From positions 512,001 through 576,000 of the forward strand of contig CAWCDG010000002.1 in NCBI GenBank assembly GCA_963794325.1: 64,000 nt of DNA. Reading direction: 5' to 3'. A program made the position numbers and the translations under genes. This DNA comes from an uncultured delta proteobacterium (lineage in GTDB: Bacteria; Desulfobacterota; Binatia; Binatales; Binataceae). Below, in pieces: positions 9,940 through 20,288 of the stretch. Each line of letters begins with the position of its first letter. The first letter of the stretch is position 1. The notes beneath the pieces are model-generated. The model was given only the letters and a program-made list of their open reading frames with translations, did not search any database and was not told the origin of the DNA.

Positions 9940-10539
9940 TTGATGAAATCCTGGATCTCGAAAGCTGCAATCACGATCGCGCTGCTCGTCGCGCTGCCGG
10001 TCCTTGCGAATGCGGACACGTGGCAAATCGATCCCATGCATACCAACGTCGAGTTCACGGTGCGGCACATGATGATCTCGAACGTGAAGGGGCAGTTTCA
10101 GAAAACCTCGGGCACGATCACAGGCAACGGCAACGATCCAGGTTCGGCGAAGATTGATGTGACTATCGACGCGTCGTCAATCGACACTCGAGTCGAGAAG
10201 CGCGACATGCATCTGAAGAGTCCGGACTTTCTCGACGTCGCGAAGTACCCGACGATCACCTTCAAATCGAATAAGGTCGAAGACGCCGGCCCGGGCAAGT
10301 GGAAGGTGACGGGCGATCTTACGCTACATGGCGTGACCAAGCCGGTGGTGCTGGAGGTTGAGCAAAGCGCGGCGCCGATTCACGATCCGATGGGCAACAC
10401 GCGAGCGGGCGCGTCGGCGACGGCGAAAATCAAACGCAGTGATTTCGGGCTCACCTGGAATAAGGTGCTCGAATCGGGCGGCGTGATGGTCGGCGACGAG
10501 ATCGCGATTTCAATCGACGTCGAGGTGATCAAGAAGTAG
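9940..10539 (+). CDS. YceI family protein
   Basis: Signal peptide; WQIDPMHTNVEF, RDMHLKSPDFLD, GDLTLHGVTKPV, RSDFGL. Confidence 0.92.
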   Translation: MMKSWISKAAITIALLVALPVLANADTWQIDPMHTNVEFTVRHMMISNVKGQFQKTSGTITGNGNDPGSAKIDVTIDASSIDTRVEKRDMHLKSPDFLDVAKYPTITFKSNKVEDAGPGKWKVTGDLTLHGVTKPVVLEVEQSAAPIHDPMGNTRAGASATAKIKRSDFGLTWNKVLESGGVMVGDEIAISIDVEVIKK

Positions 10540-10618
10540 AAATTTGTTTGCCTTTAACTCTGCTCCGCGATAGCCCTGAGTCGGATCTAACGTCTCAGGG
10601 TTCTCGGGGAGAGTCGCC

Positions 10619-11359
10619 ATGAGCATGTCGCGGCGTTTCACAGCGGAGTTGATCGGCACCTTCTGGCTGGTTTTCGGAGGATGCGGCAGCGCGGTGCTGG
10701 CAGCGGGCTTCCCGAAGACTGGAATCGGATTTCTGGGAGTTGCATTCGCGTTCGGCCTGACTCTGCTGACGATGGCGTTCACGATCGGCTCGATCTCGGG
10801 ATGCCATATCAATCCTGCGGTCACGATCGGGCTCTGGGCCGGCAAGCGATTCCCCGCCCGCGAGGTTCCAGCGTACATCGTCGCGCAACTGATCGGCGCA
10901 ATTCTCGCGTCAACTGTGCTGTACGTGATCGCGAGCGGCGCTGCGGGATTCGACCTTAGCGGCGGCTTCGCCTCCAACGGATACGGCGCGCATTCGCCGG
11001 GCGGCTACAGTATGAGCGCGGCCTTCGTCGCTGAATTCGTGCTGACCTTCATGTTTCTGATCGTGATCCTCGGCTCGACCGACAAGCGTGCCACCGTCGG
11101 CTTCGCGCCAATTCCCATCGGGCTGGTTCTCACGCTGATTCATCTGATCAGCATCCCGGTCGACAACACTTCGGTGAATCCCGCGCGCAGCACCGGCCCC
11201 GCGCTGTTCGTCGGCGGATGGGCGCTTGGGCAGCTATGGCTTTTCTGGGTCGCGCCAATCATGGGCGCAGCAGTCGGCGGTTTCTTCTACAACTGGCTCG
11301 GCGTCGAGCAAAAGACCAACGAGCAGCTAGCCCGCGAAACCGGCCCAGCTAAGGCTTGA
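10619..11359 (+). CDS. aqpZ: Aquaporin Z
   Basis: Two NPA motifs ([14 protein letters not shown]); GCGSAVLAA; [13 protein letters not shown]. Confidence 0.95.
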   Translation: MSMSRRFTAELIGTFWLVFGGCGSAVLAAGFPKTGIGFLGVAFAFGLTLLTMAFTIGSISGCHINPAVTIGLWAGKRFPAREVPAYIVAQLIGAILASTVLYVIASGAAGFDLSGGFASNGYGAHSPGGYSMSAAFVAEFVLTFMFLIVILGSTDKRATVGFAPIPIGLVLTLIHLISIPVDNTSVNPARSTGPALFVGGWALGQLWLFWVAPIMGAAVGGFFYNWLGVEQKTNEQLARETGPAKA

Positions 11360-11510
11360 CGCGTCGGTGATCGACGCGACCGCGCGATTCGCGCGTTCAC
11401 TTCGATTACCCGAGATCAGTTTTCGGCTCTTTGGCAGAGCTATCGCCAGCGCGCATTATTGTAGTAGCGTCACACGACACTTTCTGCGTTCGAGCCGCGC
11501 AATCCCGGTC

Positions 11511-11547
11511 TTAAAATGGATTCGACTCTTTAAAATGGATTCGACTC
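11511..11547. repeat. Tandem direct repeat (2 x ttaaaatggattcgactc, 19-bp period)
   Basis: Read directly; lies just upstream of the RBS of the 11561 gene. Confidence 0.85.
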
Positions 11548-11560
11548 CTGGGAGGGATAG

Positions 11561-13060
11561 ATGAGGACTACTCGATGTAGTTTGATCGTGGCAGGCTGCC
11601 TCGTGATAGCTTCGGCGCCGATAGCAAGGGCTGCGGTGCCCGGCGAGTGCGGCAAGAGCTATGCGATGCTGATGAACGGGGCTCAGGTCAGCCGCGTTCA
11701 GGCGGACGGCACCTCCTCATTGCCCGGCGCGCTGACGGCTGCCGTGGGAGTCGGCACGATCTCCTTCAGCCCGGACTGCAGCACGATTACTGGCGAACTG
11801 ATTTTCAACGACGGCGATCTTCAAACGTTTCCCACCTTTGGCGGGTCTTTCGGACCTGCCGCGTGTCCCGATGCTTCGCTGATAGCGTTTCCGTGTTTCG
11901 ACGGCGCCAATCACTTTACTGCGGCATCGATTACAAGCCCGGGACCCAACGGCAACGGATCGCTCGATCTGAAGTTCGCCGCAGGCTACACGTGGCTAAA
12001 CCGAACCAACTCTATCGGGAGCATGCCCTTTGAATTCACCCTACAAAACGGGCTCGGCGCGGCGACGGTGTTCGGCACCAGCACGCCGAGCGTGGCCGGG
12101 GAATCGGGTCCGTCGCCGATCCTGACGCTTACGATGCAGAGGATTGGCACGACCACCACCGGGATACCCAACGTCCCGATTGTCTATGGTGCGCTGCCGT
12201 ACCTCGGTGATTCTGTCATCAGCTGCAATTCCTACAGCGCCAATCTGAGCGACCGTTACGCGATGATCGACAATTCGCTGGAAGTCCTGGGTTCGTTCGG
12301 CTCCGCCGTTGGCGCCCTTCAAATCTTCCCGATCAACATCGACCCTACAGCGAACGCCGGCGGCGGAAGCATAAGCTTCAACAGCAACGACAACTTAGTG
12401 CCGGGAGGAGCCGGGGCTGGACACCCGGTGGCTTTCCGTAACGACTGTCCGATCCTGCTTGCGCCACTATCGCAGTTTTTTGAAAGCCCGCAGTCGCAGT
12501 TTGCAGATGGCGCCAGCAATGCGGTTCTCTTGATCAGCGGAAGCTCGGCGACGTGCACCGATCAATACCCACTCGGCTATTTTACCAGCAGCGTGGCGTG
12601 GGGTAGCACCGAGAAGAACGCATACTCAATAATTACTGACGCGATCGGGCCTAATCAGCTGGCGCACACCGGTACCGGCCCCGTGCCCGCAGGCAGCATG
12701 GCAACCTGCACCTTGCTCTCTAACGGGCTGACGGGCTCACTGACAAACATCGTCGCGCCGGCCACCGCGGTATCGCGAGGAGCGACCGTGCCGATACTTA
12801 TCAAAGTGGCCAGCACCAGCCCCGCTACCTGCGAGGTGCAGTTCGGACCAGGGGGTAACGTGAACACCGATGGGATCTGCTCGCTCGGCATAACGAACAC
12901 CGTCGCCTTTGTTCCGGGCAATAGTGTGTCGGCGGTATATTCCAATTTCATGTGCACCTGCAGCCCTGGGGCACTGGATAGCATCACGGAAACGGCAACC
13001 CTGACGTCGGCGTGTCCGATGATCGGTGTGACCACGCACGTGATCACGTGCCGCAATTAG
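11561..13060 (+). CDS. Hypothetical secreted Cys/Gly/Ser/Thr-rich protein
   Basis: 499-aa ORF with GGAGG RBS, signal peptide and many Cys; no family recognised. Confidence 0.7.
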   Translation: MRTTRCSLIVAGCLVIASAPIARAAVPGECGKSYAMLMNGAQVSRVQADGTSSLPGALTAAVGVGTISFSPDCSTITGELIFNDGDLQTFPTFGGSFGPAACPDASLIAFPCFDGANHFTAASITSPGPNGNGSLDLKFAAGYTWLNRTNSIGSMPFEFTLQNGLGAATVFGTSTPSVAGESGPSPILTLTMQRIGTTTTGIPNVPIVYGALPYLGDSVISCNSYSANLSDRYAMIDNSLEVLGSFGSAVGALQIFPINIDPTANAGGGSISFNSNDNLVPGGAGAGHPVAFRNDCPILLAPLSQFFESPQSQFADGASNAVLLISGSSATCTDQYPLGYFTSSVAWGSTEKNAYSIITDAIGPNQLAHTGTGPVPAGSMATCTLLSNGLTGSLTNIVAPATAVSRGATVPILIKVASTSPATCEVQFGPGGNVNTDGICSLGITNTVAFVPGNSVSAVYSNFMCTCSPGALDSITETATLTSACPMIGVTTHVITCRN

Positions 13061-13144
13061 GGCGAGTCGAAAACTGACAAAGTCGTGACTGGGCGGCGGA
13101 CCAGCAATGGGCCGCCGTCCGCATTTTGCGCGGACATAGAAGTG

Positions 13145-15527
13145 CTACGGTTTCGCGCTTCTGTGATGTTCGATGGTGCGGGCGCCTAGTCTGGCGGGGG
13201 CGGTTTCGGAGCCCTGGACTACTACGACGCATCGCTTCGGGTCGGTGAAATCTTCGGGCGAGAGGCCGACTCTGTCGGCCAGGTTGGTCGCGACGATCAC
13301 CAGACCGCCGGGGGTTTGGCGGGCGAGTTGAGCGGCGGTAGGCGCGCTTAGCACGTCGGTATGCAGGCGGCGTCCGAGCGCCCGGCCGGCATCGCGAATC
13401 AATTCGAGCAGTTCGGTAGTCTTCCGCGTTGCCGTCCTGCGGTACCAGCACTGCGTGCAAGCCGGACTTCTTGCGCAGTGCCACTCGCAGCGCGAGGTCG
13501 AGCGCCGCGCGGCCATGGGTGCCTCGATCGACCACCGCGAACACCCGGTCGAGCGGACGCTCGCCGCCGTGAATCACTACCGCGACGTGAACCGGAAGCG
13601 CGCGGGCTTTGTCGAGAATCTCGCGGACGACGCCGCCCATGAAGTCGGAGCCGAAGACTGCGCGATGCGATCCCAACAGCAGCCATCCGATTTGCGGCTC
13701 GCTGGCGAAGGCCAGGATGTCGGCCGCGGGATTGGTCGTCCACACCGCCTGCGGCGTGATGATGCTGCCGCGCTCGAGTGCGAGATCCAGCGCCGCAGAC
13801 AGAGCGGGAGAGCGGGGCGGCACGCGCTGTTCGGCCTCGCGCAGTCCCGAGCGCACACCGCCCGGCGGAGTCTTCACCAATGCGAGCACGCGCGGCGGCG
13901 GTGCGTCGTGCGGGGTGGCCGCCAGCGCAAGCTCGACCAGCACACCGACGCCTTCGGGGTTGGATACCGGCACCAGGATCGCGCTGTGCTCCGTTCCCAC
14001 GAGCATCGGGCGCTGGGGCGGCTGCACTCGCGGAGTAGAATGCGGCGCGGGATGCGGTGCGCGAACCGGGGCTTGGGGCGCGACAGCCGGCTCCGGCGAG
14101 AAGGTGCCGATTTCCGGAAACGGCTCGATCTCTCCGGGTTGGCGGCGCGTGATCAGATGCAGAATCGGCGTGGTCGCGAAAGTCGTAACCAGCGCCATGA
14201 TCACCAGCATCGCGAATAGGGTCGGCGAGATAACGTTCATCTCGAGGCCGATATTCAGGACGATCAGTTCCATCAGGCCGCGCGTGTTCATCAGCACGCC
14301 GAGCGCCGACGAGTCGCGCCAGTTGAGTCCGGTAAATCGCGCCGCGATTGCGCTGCCGCCGAATTTGCCGAGCGATGCGACGATCACGATCAACGCGCAC
14401 ATCAGCCATTGCTCGGATCCGTTGACCAGCCCAATTTGCGTGCGCAGTCCGGTGTACGCGAAGAAGGCTGGCAGCAACAGGACGATCACGAAATCTTCAA
14501 GGCGGTCGGTGAGCTCGCGCGCCATCCCGCTGTCGTGCGGAATAACAGCGCCGAGCGCGAACGCGCCAAACACGGCGTGGATTCCGATGAGTTCAGTGGC
14601 TGACGCGGAGATCAGCAGCGCGATGAATATCGAGGCCATCACGCCCTGGGTCAGCCGCCCGCGATTTCCGTAGAGCAGCGACAGCCGCACCATGGCCGGC
14701 CGTATCACGAGGATCATCAGGAGAATAAAGCCGAGCGCCATCGCGATCGTCGCGAGCGCGCCAGAGGTCTCCGCCCGCGCCACGCTGACCACGAAGGCCA
14801 GCATGCACCACGCAGTCACGTCGTTCACGGCGGCGCAGGTCAGCGCGATCGCACCCATCCGGGTTTTATGAATTCCTCGATCAGTCAGGATTCGCGCGAG
14901 CACCGGAAACGCCGTCACTGACATCGACACGCCCAAAAACAGCGAGAAGTACGTGAACGGCACATCGCTGGTGGAGAGGCTCGGATAAAGATAAAGCGCA
15001 ATCGTCGCGCCGAGCAGGAACGGAGCGATGATGCTCGCGGTCGAGATCACGACCGTTGCGTGGCCGCGATTATGCAGCAGCGCGGGATCGAGCTCGAGCC
15101 CGACCAGGAACATATAAAGGATGACACCGACCTGGGAGATGATATTTAGAAATGGCCCCACTGCCGCCGGAAACAGGTATCCTTCGGCGCCCGGCGCGAG
15201 ACGTCCGAGCAGCGAAGGCCCGAGCACGATCCCGGCGAGAATTTCGCCGATCACCTGCGGTTGCCGGGCGCTGCGGAAGACCCAGCCCATCGCGCGCGCC
15301 GTCGCGATAACCACCACCAGCGCGAGCAGCACGTGCAGCAGGTCGCCTTCGCTGGTGCGCGATGCGGGCGAGCCGAAAACATTAGTCCCCAATTGAGGCG
15401 GGGCGCCGAGCGTGTCGCCGTACGAGCGGATCCACAGGTACAGCAGCACCAGCGCGCCGAACATCAATGCGTAAACGGCGGCGGCGCGGGTACCGGCGTT
15501 GGTAATTCGCGGCTGGCTTTCAGCCAT
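13145..15527 (-). CDS. Cation:proton antiporter (CPA2/CHX-like) with C-terminal USP-like domains; frameshift near 13418
   Basis: QPQVIGEILAGIVLGPSLLG, SVTAFPVLARIL, MNTRGLMELIVLNIG. A plausible C-terminus 'ELLELIRDAGRALGRR' continues in the frame ending at 13145. Confidence 0.85.
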
Positions 15528-15573
15528 TGGCGGATTCTACCAGAGTGCGAGCTTAATGCGCAGTGTTGGTGTC

Positions 15574-16137
15574 TTACCGGGGATCGGCGGAAGATTTCGT
15601 GGTGCGCGGGCGTTTTCTCTTTGGCGGTTTCGATTCGCGCGGAGCGTTTCCGTTGTGCGCGTCGCCGTTCGATGAAGCGGCGGCGCTAATGGCGCGTTCG
15701 CGGCGGCGGCGAATCGCCAAGAAGGTTGCTGCTATCTCGACTGCCTGCTCGGCGGCGCGATCCCCGTGCCAATGATTTATGACGTCGCTTAGCGACAGAA
15801 TCCCGATCGGCCGGCTGCGGGAATCGACCACCGGGATACGGTGAATCTCATGCGTGCGCATCAGGCGATGCGCGGTGTCGAGATCGTCGGTGCGCGAACA
15901 CGAGATCACCTTCGGGGACATCACGCGCTCCACGGGAATCGATCCGAGCGAAACGCCTTGCGTGTATGCTGCCATGCAGATGTCGCGGTCGGTGACTATT
16001 CCGACGAGTTTGCCTTGCGCGTCGACCACCGGCGCGCACCCGCAATCGTGATCCCACATTACCCGGGCGGCGCCGTTCAACGAGTCATGTATCGTGCACG
16101 TTTTAACGTCGGGGGTCATCAAATCAGCGACTTTCAC
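15574..16137 (-). CDS. CBS domain protein
   Basis: VKVADLMT, GIVTDRDI, RIPVVD..GILSLSD; GAGGAG before GTG at 16137. Confidence 0.88.
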   Translation of the reverse strand: MKVADLMTPDVKTCTIHDSLNGAARVMWDHDCGCAPVVDAQGKLVGIVTDRDICMAAYTQGVSLGSIPVERVMSPKVISCSRTDDLDTAHRLMRTHEIHRIPVVDSRSRPIGILSLSDVINHWHGDRAAEQAVEIAATFLAIRRRRERAISAAASSNGDAHNGNAPRESKPPKRKRPRTTKSSADPR

Positions 16138-16172
16138 TGAGTTATACTCCTCACAGCGGTATTCGATTGAAA

Positions 16173-16640
16173 TTATTTCCAGGTGGAAAACGGCTTGGTC
16201 GACAGGTTCGAATTGTAGTAGCGCGGGTCGCCGCTCACTTCGCGATCGATCCAATCCGGCAGCTCGACCTGTTCCTTGGCATTCTTGAGTTCTACTTCTG
16301 CAACAGTCAATCCGCGATTCTCGCCGGTGAACTCATCAACCTCCCAGGTATGGCCCTTGAACACAATTCGATAGCGCGTCTTTTCGATTGGCGGGTGTTC
16401 GCAGAGGTTTGCCAGCATCTCGTTCGCGTCGTTGATAGGAATCTCGTATTCGTATTCGTCGCGCGTGATGCCTGAGGTCGATCCTTTAATCGTCAAGAAG
16501 GCCTTGTCTCCGTAGGTGCGGACGCGCACCGAGGACTGCTTCGAGGCGCACAGGTAACCCTGTCGAATCGCGAGGCCGGGTTCGAGATCGCTCCATTTGC
16601 GCGGATGCACCAGGAATTTTCGTTCAATCTCTTTCGCCAT
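16173..16640 (-). CDS. CYTH domain protein (triphosphate tunnel metalloenzyme)
   Basis: EIERKFLV, IRQGYL, VRVR, EYEYEIP, IEKTRY, WEVDEF, AEVEL. Confidence 0.93.
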   Translation of the reverse strand: MAKEIERKFLVHPRKWSDLEPGLAIRQGYLCASKQSSVRVRTYGDKAFLTIKGSTSGITRDEYEYEIPINDANEMLANLCEHPPIEKTRYRIVFKGHTWEVDEFTGENRGLTVAEVELKNAKEQVELPDWIDREVSGDPRYYNSNLSTKPFSTWK

Positions 16641-16699
16641 CTCTATTTAGTATCACCCACCCCGCAGACAACCGAACGTCGCCGACGTAAATCGCGCGG

Positions 16700-17317
16700 T
16701 CAGGTTGCCGTCGCGGCGGCGCGCGGCGTCATCCCGGTCATCAGCTTCAGATGACGAACATAGTTTATATTCGCGTGAGAGTTCAGGCCAAGTTTGGCGA
16801 TCGCTCGAAGAACGGCGGCGGGGTCGTCCGATTCGATCGCGACTGTTTCGGAAGTTGCGCCGGCGCCGATTCGAACTTCGGCAAATTCCGCCGTGAACCT
16901 TTCGGACGCATACTGGATGCGCATTTTTACCGCCTCGACCAATGCGAGGTCGCGATTGGGCCGTACAAGATCGCGGATTAATTCGCCGTGGGTATACGAC
17001 GGTTGCGTGATTTGAGGGGCCGCAACGCCTAGATTGGGGAACACCTGCTCGACGATCGTCCGCGAGTCCAGCGGGAACCCCGATTTCAGTACGGGGCGCC
17101 ATCGCTCGAGCCGGCCGACCTGCTCGTTCATCAGCTTGATGTCGAGTAGTTCGTCACGAATCTTGACGTTGGCGGCGTCGGTCGCGCGCGAGAGGATGTA
17201 GGTCTCCGCGCTTTCGCGTGGATCGGACGGCGTCGCGATTGCAGCCAGCCGATCTTGATATGGGCTAAGGTGATTTCCCCAAATTCGGAATTCGAATCTT
17301 CCCAGCGCGTTGCTCAT
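16700..17317 (-). CDS. Hypothetical protein, probable divergent CYTH-like fold
   Basis: RFEFRIW (ExExK-like), ETYILS, NVKIR..LDIK, AIESDD; adjacent to the CYTH gene. Confidence 0.65.
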   Translation of the reverse strand: MSNALGRFEFRIWGNHLSPYQDRLAAIATPSDPRESAETYILSRATDAANVKIRDELLDIKLMNEQVGRLERWRPVLKSGFPLDSRTIVEQVFPNLGVAAPQITQPSYTHGELIRDLVRPNRDLALVEAVKMRIQYASERFTAEFAEVRIGAGATSETVAIESDDPAAVLRAIAKLGLNSHANINYVRHLKLMTGMTPRAAATAT

Positions 17318-17412
17318 CGCCGTCGCAGCGAAGCACTATCGAGACTTCGCATCACGATAACATTTCCGCGAAACTCGGAGAAATCAGACTGCGCGATTTT
17401 GTGTTCAGGATC

Positions 17413-17946
17413 TTAGAAACCCGCACCCTCCCGCATTCCCGCCGCTCGTGCGGACGAACCGGGATCGCCGCCACTGGAGCGTTTGCGCGAGGAGCGCCCG
17501 GCGCGCACCACCTGCCGACGGCCGACCGAGCGCATCTGCTTGGTCGGCAGATCATCGACGCTCAGCAGTCCGAGCCGCGACCGCAACGACGCCGGCTCGA
17601 TTCCAAGAACGTCGCATACGTACTCGAAGGAAAACGGACTGTGGATCCCCGCCTCGGCATGGAACCATCGCTGAACCTCGTCGTATTGCTCACGATCGCA
17701 TCGCCGCGACGAGTTCACGGTCTTGACGTAGCATCGGACCGCGTCTTCGAGCACTGCGAAGACCAGCCGGGTCTCGCCGTCGAGCATCGAGCGGCGCCGG
17801 GTCAGGTCGAAAAACTGAACCGGAACGAGAAAATCGGGCTCGAAGCGCGCGCTCAACCAAGGGTCTGGCCCTGCGCATTCGTCGATTACCCGGGTCTGAG
17901 TCGAAGGTCCGTATTGAAGAACCTGTTCTGATGCTGCCACAGACAT
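17413..17946 (-). CDS. Hypothetical protein
   Basis: AAGGAGG RBS; globular segment 'GETRLVFAVLEDAVRCY...FSFEYVCDVLGIEP'. Confidence 0.75.
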   Translation of the reverse strand: MSVAASEQVLQYGPSTQTRVIDECAGPDPWLSARFEPDFLVPVQFFDLTRRRSMLDGETRLVFAVLEDAVRCYVKTVNSSRRCDREQYDEVQRWFHAEAGIHSPFSFEYVCDVLGIEPASLRSRLGLLSVDDLPTKQMRSVGRRQVVRAGRSSRKRSSGGDPGSSARAAGMREGAGF

Positions 17947-17986
17947 AACTGGACCCTCCTTGCGCCGAACTGAACTCTTGCCAGCC

Positions 17987-18002
17987 AGCATGGTCTGTGC
18001 CA
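17987..18002 (-). promoter_or_regulatory. Putative sigma54 (-24/-12) promoter
   Basis: TGGCACAGACCATGCT with correct GG-N10-GC spacing, upstream of the 17946 start. Confidence 0.6.
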
Positions 18003-18319
18003 ACTCGTCTTTGGCACGCTAAAGCAGGAAATCAGCGGGTAAATGAGAGTTTTTGCGATGCGGACGATGGCGGATGCTGCTCAATTATGCGGCATCAATG
18101 CGGTCGCCGGTTGTGCAATAGGGATTCAGCGGAGCCTCTCGAAATCTTTATAAGGCTCTCGCGCACGGCCTTGGATCCGGCTAGACTGCCGCGGTCCGGG
18201 AGTCGGTAACCCTCCATGGAGGCAACCAAATTGAAACAATTTCCGTATATGGAACTACTGGACTCGAAGCGCGCGCGGAAAGAGTATTGAGTCCGCTCGA
18301 TCTCTTGCAGAGTGGCGCG

Positions 18320-18335
18320 AGGCACGATCAATGCT
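18320..18335 (+). promoter_or_regulatory. Putative sigma54 promoter
   Basis: AGGCACGATCAATGCT upstream of the DksA-family gene. Confidence 0.55.
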
Positions 18336-18377
18336 GATATTAAAAATTGGCTCGAGGCGCTTGAACAGCGCGAACCT

Positions 18378-19052
18378 ATGAAAACTCTCAAAACTCGAAC
18401 AAAAACTCGACCTACGAAAAACAGCAAGAGGCAGAAGACCAAGATGGTATCCGCAGTTAACACCGGCGGACGGAGGATCGACGCACTCAAGCGCCTGCTT
18501 ACCAAAGAGCGTGCCGAGACACTTGCCCGGGTGAAAGAATTGATGCGCGAGCAGGCTCGCAACGGCGGACAGCCGCCGGCTGACGAGATGGATGTGGCGC
18601 GGTCGTTGTCGGAAGTCGAGACGCATGCGGCGCTGTTCGATCGTGCGCAGGAACGCCTCAGCGCGATCGACGCGGCTATCGCGCGGCTCGGCGCAGGAGT
18701 CTATGGAGTCTGCGCGCGATGCGGCGACGAAATCCCGCTGGCGCGGCTCCAGGTAATCCCGTTCGCGCAATATTGCGTCGATTGTCAGAACGAAGCGAAC
18801 ACCGAAGCTCGCAGCGGTCAAAGCGGAATGGCCAAGCCATTTGGCGGCCGATGGACCGGACCGGAAGAGCTGACCAACCCCGACGATGCCGAAGAGCACG
18901 TCGAGCGAGCGCCCGTCTCCGACGACGACGTACAGGTGGACAGCGCATTCGGCCCCGATGAAGACGAGCTGGAAGCGACCGGCGTCGAGAAGCGTCGTCG
19001 CGGACGTCCGCCAAAGGCAAAGAAGCCGCTGGTGCAGAAAAAGGCGCACTAG
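18378..19052 (+). CDS. TraR/DksA family zinc-finger regulator with acidic + AT-hook C-terminal extension
   Basis: DEMDVA (DxxDxA), CARC...CVDC zinc finger, tail KRRRGRPPK; start uncertain. Confidence 0.85.
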   Translation: MKTLKTRTKTRPTKNSKRQKTKMVSAVNTGGRRIDALKRLLTKERAETLARVKELMREQARNGGQPPADEMDVARSLSEVETHAALFDRAQERLSAIDAAIARLGAGVYGVCARCGDEIPLARLQVIPFAQYCVDCQNEANTEARSGQSGMAKPFGGRWTGPEELTNPDDAEEHVERAPVSDDDVQVDSAFGPDEDELEATGVEKRRRGRPPKAKKPLVQKKAH

Positions 19053-19072
19053 AGGCCAGGAACTGACTGTAC

Positions 19073-19131
19073 TGAAACCCACCGTGGGTTTCATTTTCAC
19101 GGCTTCCTTGGGCAGGGGTAACCCCTGCACC
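19073..19131. repeat. Double-hairpin repeat, family B copy 1
   Basis: tgaaaccca-ccg-tgggtttca ... gcagggg-taa-cccctgc; homologous to 58929-58980. Confidence 0.8.
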
Positions 19132-19296
19132 TTAGTAACAAGCTTCGTCACGTTGTCCGCGAAGTGTTTCATATTGGGACGCGGCTGCGTTGCTTTCGGT
19201 ACGAATCGATTGGCGCCCGCACGCTTTCGATTGTCTTACGTTCCTGATTCATAGCCTTCTCGCGTTTTTTGGAATCGGCCAAGATTACATGTGCCT

Positions 19297-19312
19297 CGGC
19301 ATGTTGATTGCT
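19297..19312 (+). promoter_or_regulatory. Putative sigma54 promoter
   Basis: CGGCATGTTGATTGCT upstream of the receiver-PAS gene. Confidence 0.6.
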
Positions 19313-19352
19313 CCTTCGCTAGATGGCTGGGCGGAGGCGGCAGGACAATCAC

Positions 19353-20159
19353 ATGCATTTGTTGCTGGTCGAAGACAATCCTACCGATCGGATGGTAATC
19401 CAGGCGCGGCTGCGGCGGGCGTTTCCGAGCGCGCAGGTCATGACCGCTGACGATCCGATCGCGATGAATGAGCATCTCCGGCGCGACGATTGCGATGTCG
19501 TGATCACCGACTATTGGCTGGGGTGGAGCGACGGCTTATCGATTCTCCAGCGGGTGCGCGACCGATGGCCGCGGAGCCGCGTCATCATGCTCACCGGCAA
19601 CGGCGGCGAAGAGGTGGTGGCCGACGCGTTCAAGCACGGGCTGTATCACTACCTGCTCAAGCCCGACGGATTCGACGAGCTCGCGGCCGTGACCGGGGCC
19701 GCGATGAAGAGTAAGCAGCGCGAAGATTTCGAGCAGCTCATGGCTTTGATCGTCGACTCGCTTCCCGATGGCGTTCACTGCGTCGATGCCTCCGGAAGGA
19801 TCATCGCAATTAACGCGGCGGCCCGGCGGATGTACGGCTGCGCCGACCTCGAGATCATCGGACGCACCAACGAGATCCTGCTACCGGTCGGAAGGCGCGA
19901 CGATATCCGACGATTGCATGAGCGGGCGCTCGGCGGGGAAATCGTGCCTCGATTCACGACAGTGCTGGTCCGGATCGATGGCGCAGAAGTTCCCGTCTCG
20001 ATGACGATACTGCCGATGCGTCGGAGCGACGGCCCGGTATCCAGCGTCGCGTTCATCGCGACGGAGATCGGCAGACAGATTCGCGAGTCGGGGGTGTCGA
20101 GTGTGCGTGATGAATCGCATCCGCCGCGGCACGCGTTGGCTTCGAGCAGCATCCACTAG
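19353..20159 (+). CDS. Response regulator receiver + PAS domain protein
   Basis: LLLVEDN, VITDYWL, MLTG, YLLKP, followed by PAS 'DGVHCVDASGRIIAINAAARRMYG'. Confidence 0.87.
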   Translation: MHLLLVEDNPTDRMVIQARLRRAFPSAQVMTADDPIAMNEHLRRDDCDVVITDYWLGWSDGLSILQRVRDRWPRSRVIMLTGNGGEEVVADAFKHGLYHYLLKPDGFDELAAVTGAAMKSKQREDFEQLMALIVDSLPDGVHCVDASGRIIAINAAARRMYGCADLEIIGRTNEILLPVGRRDDIRRLHERALGGEIVPRFTTVLVRIDGAEVPVSMTILPMRRSDGPVSSVAFIATEIGRQIRESGVSSVRDESHPPRHALASSSIH

Positions 20160-20288
20160 CCATCCAGATTCAACACTGACCATTTGAGCGGTTTTGGGTG
20201 TTGCATCAACGAAGAAATTGCTTCGTAATGATGAGCCTCATTATCTCTGAATGCGTAGTTTTTGTTTTTTGCAGTCTGGAGGGGGTTC

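Noticed and set aside
18012-18026. TGGCACGCTAAAGCA as a divergent sigma54 promoter
   Set aside because: GG-GC spacing is one base short of the strict requirement.
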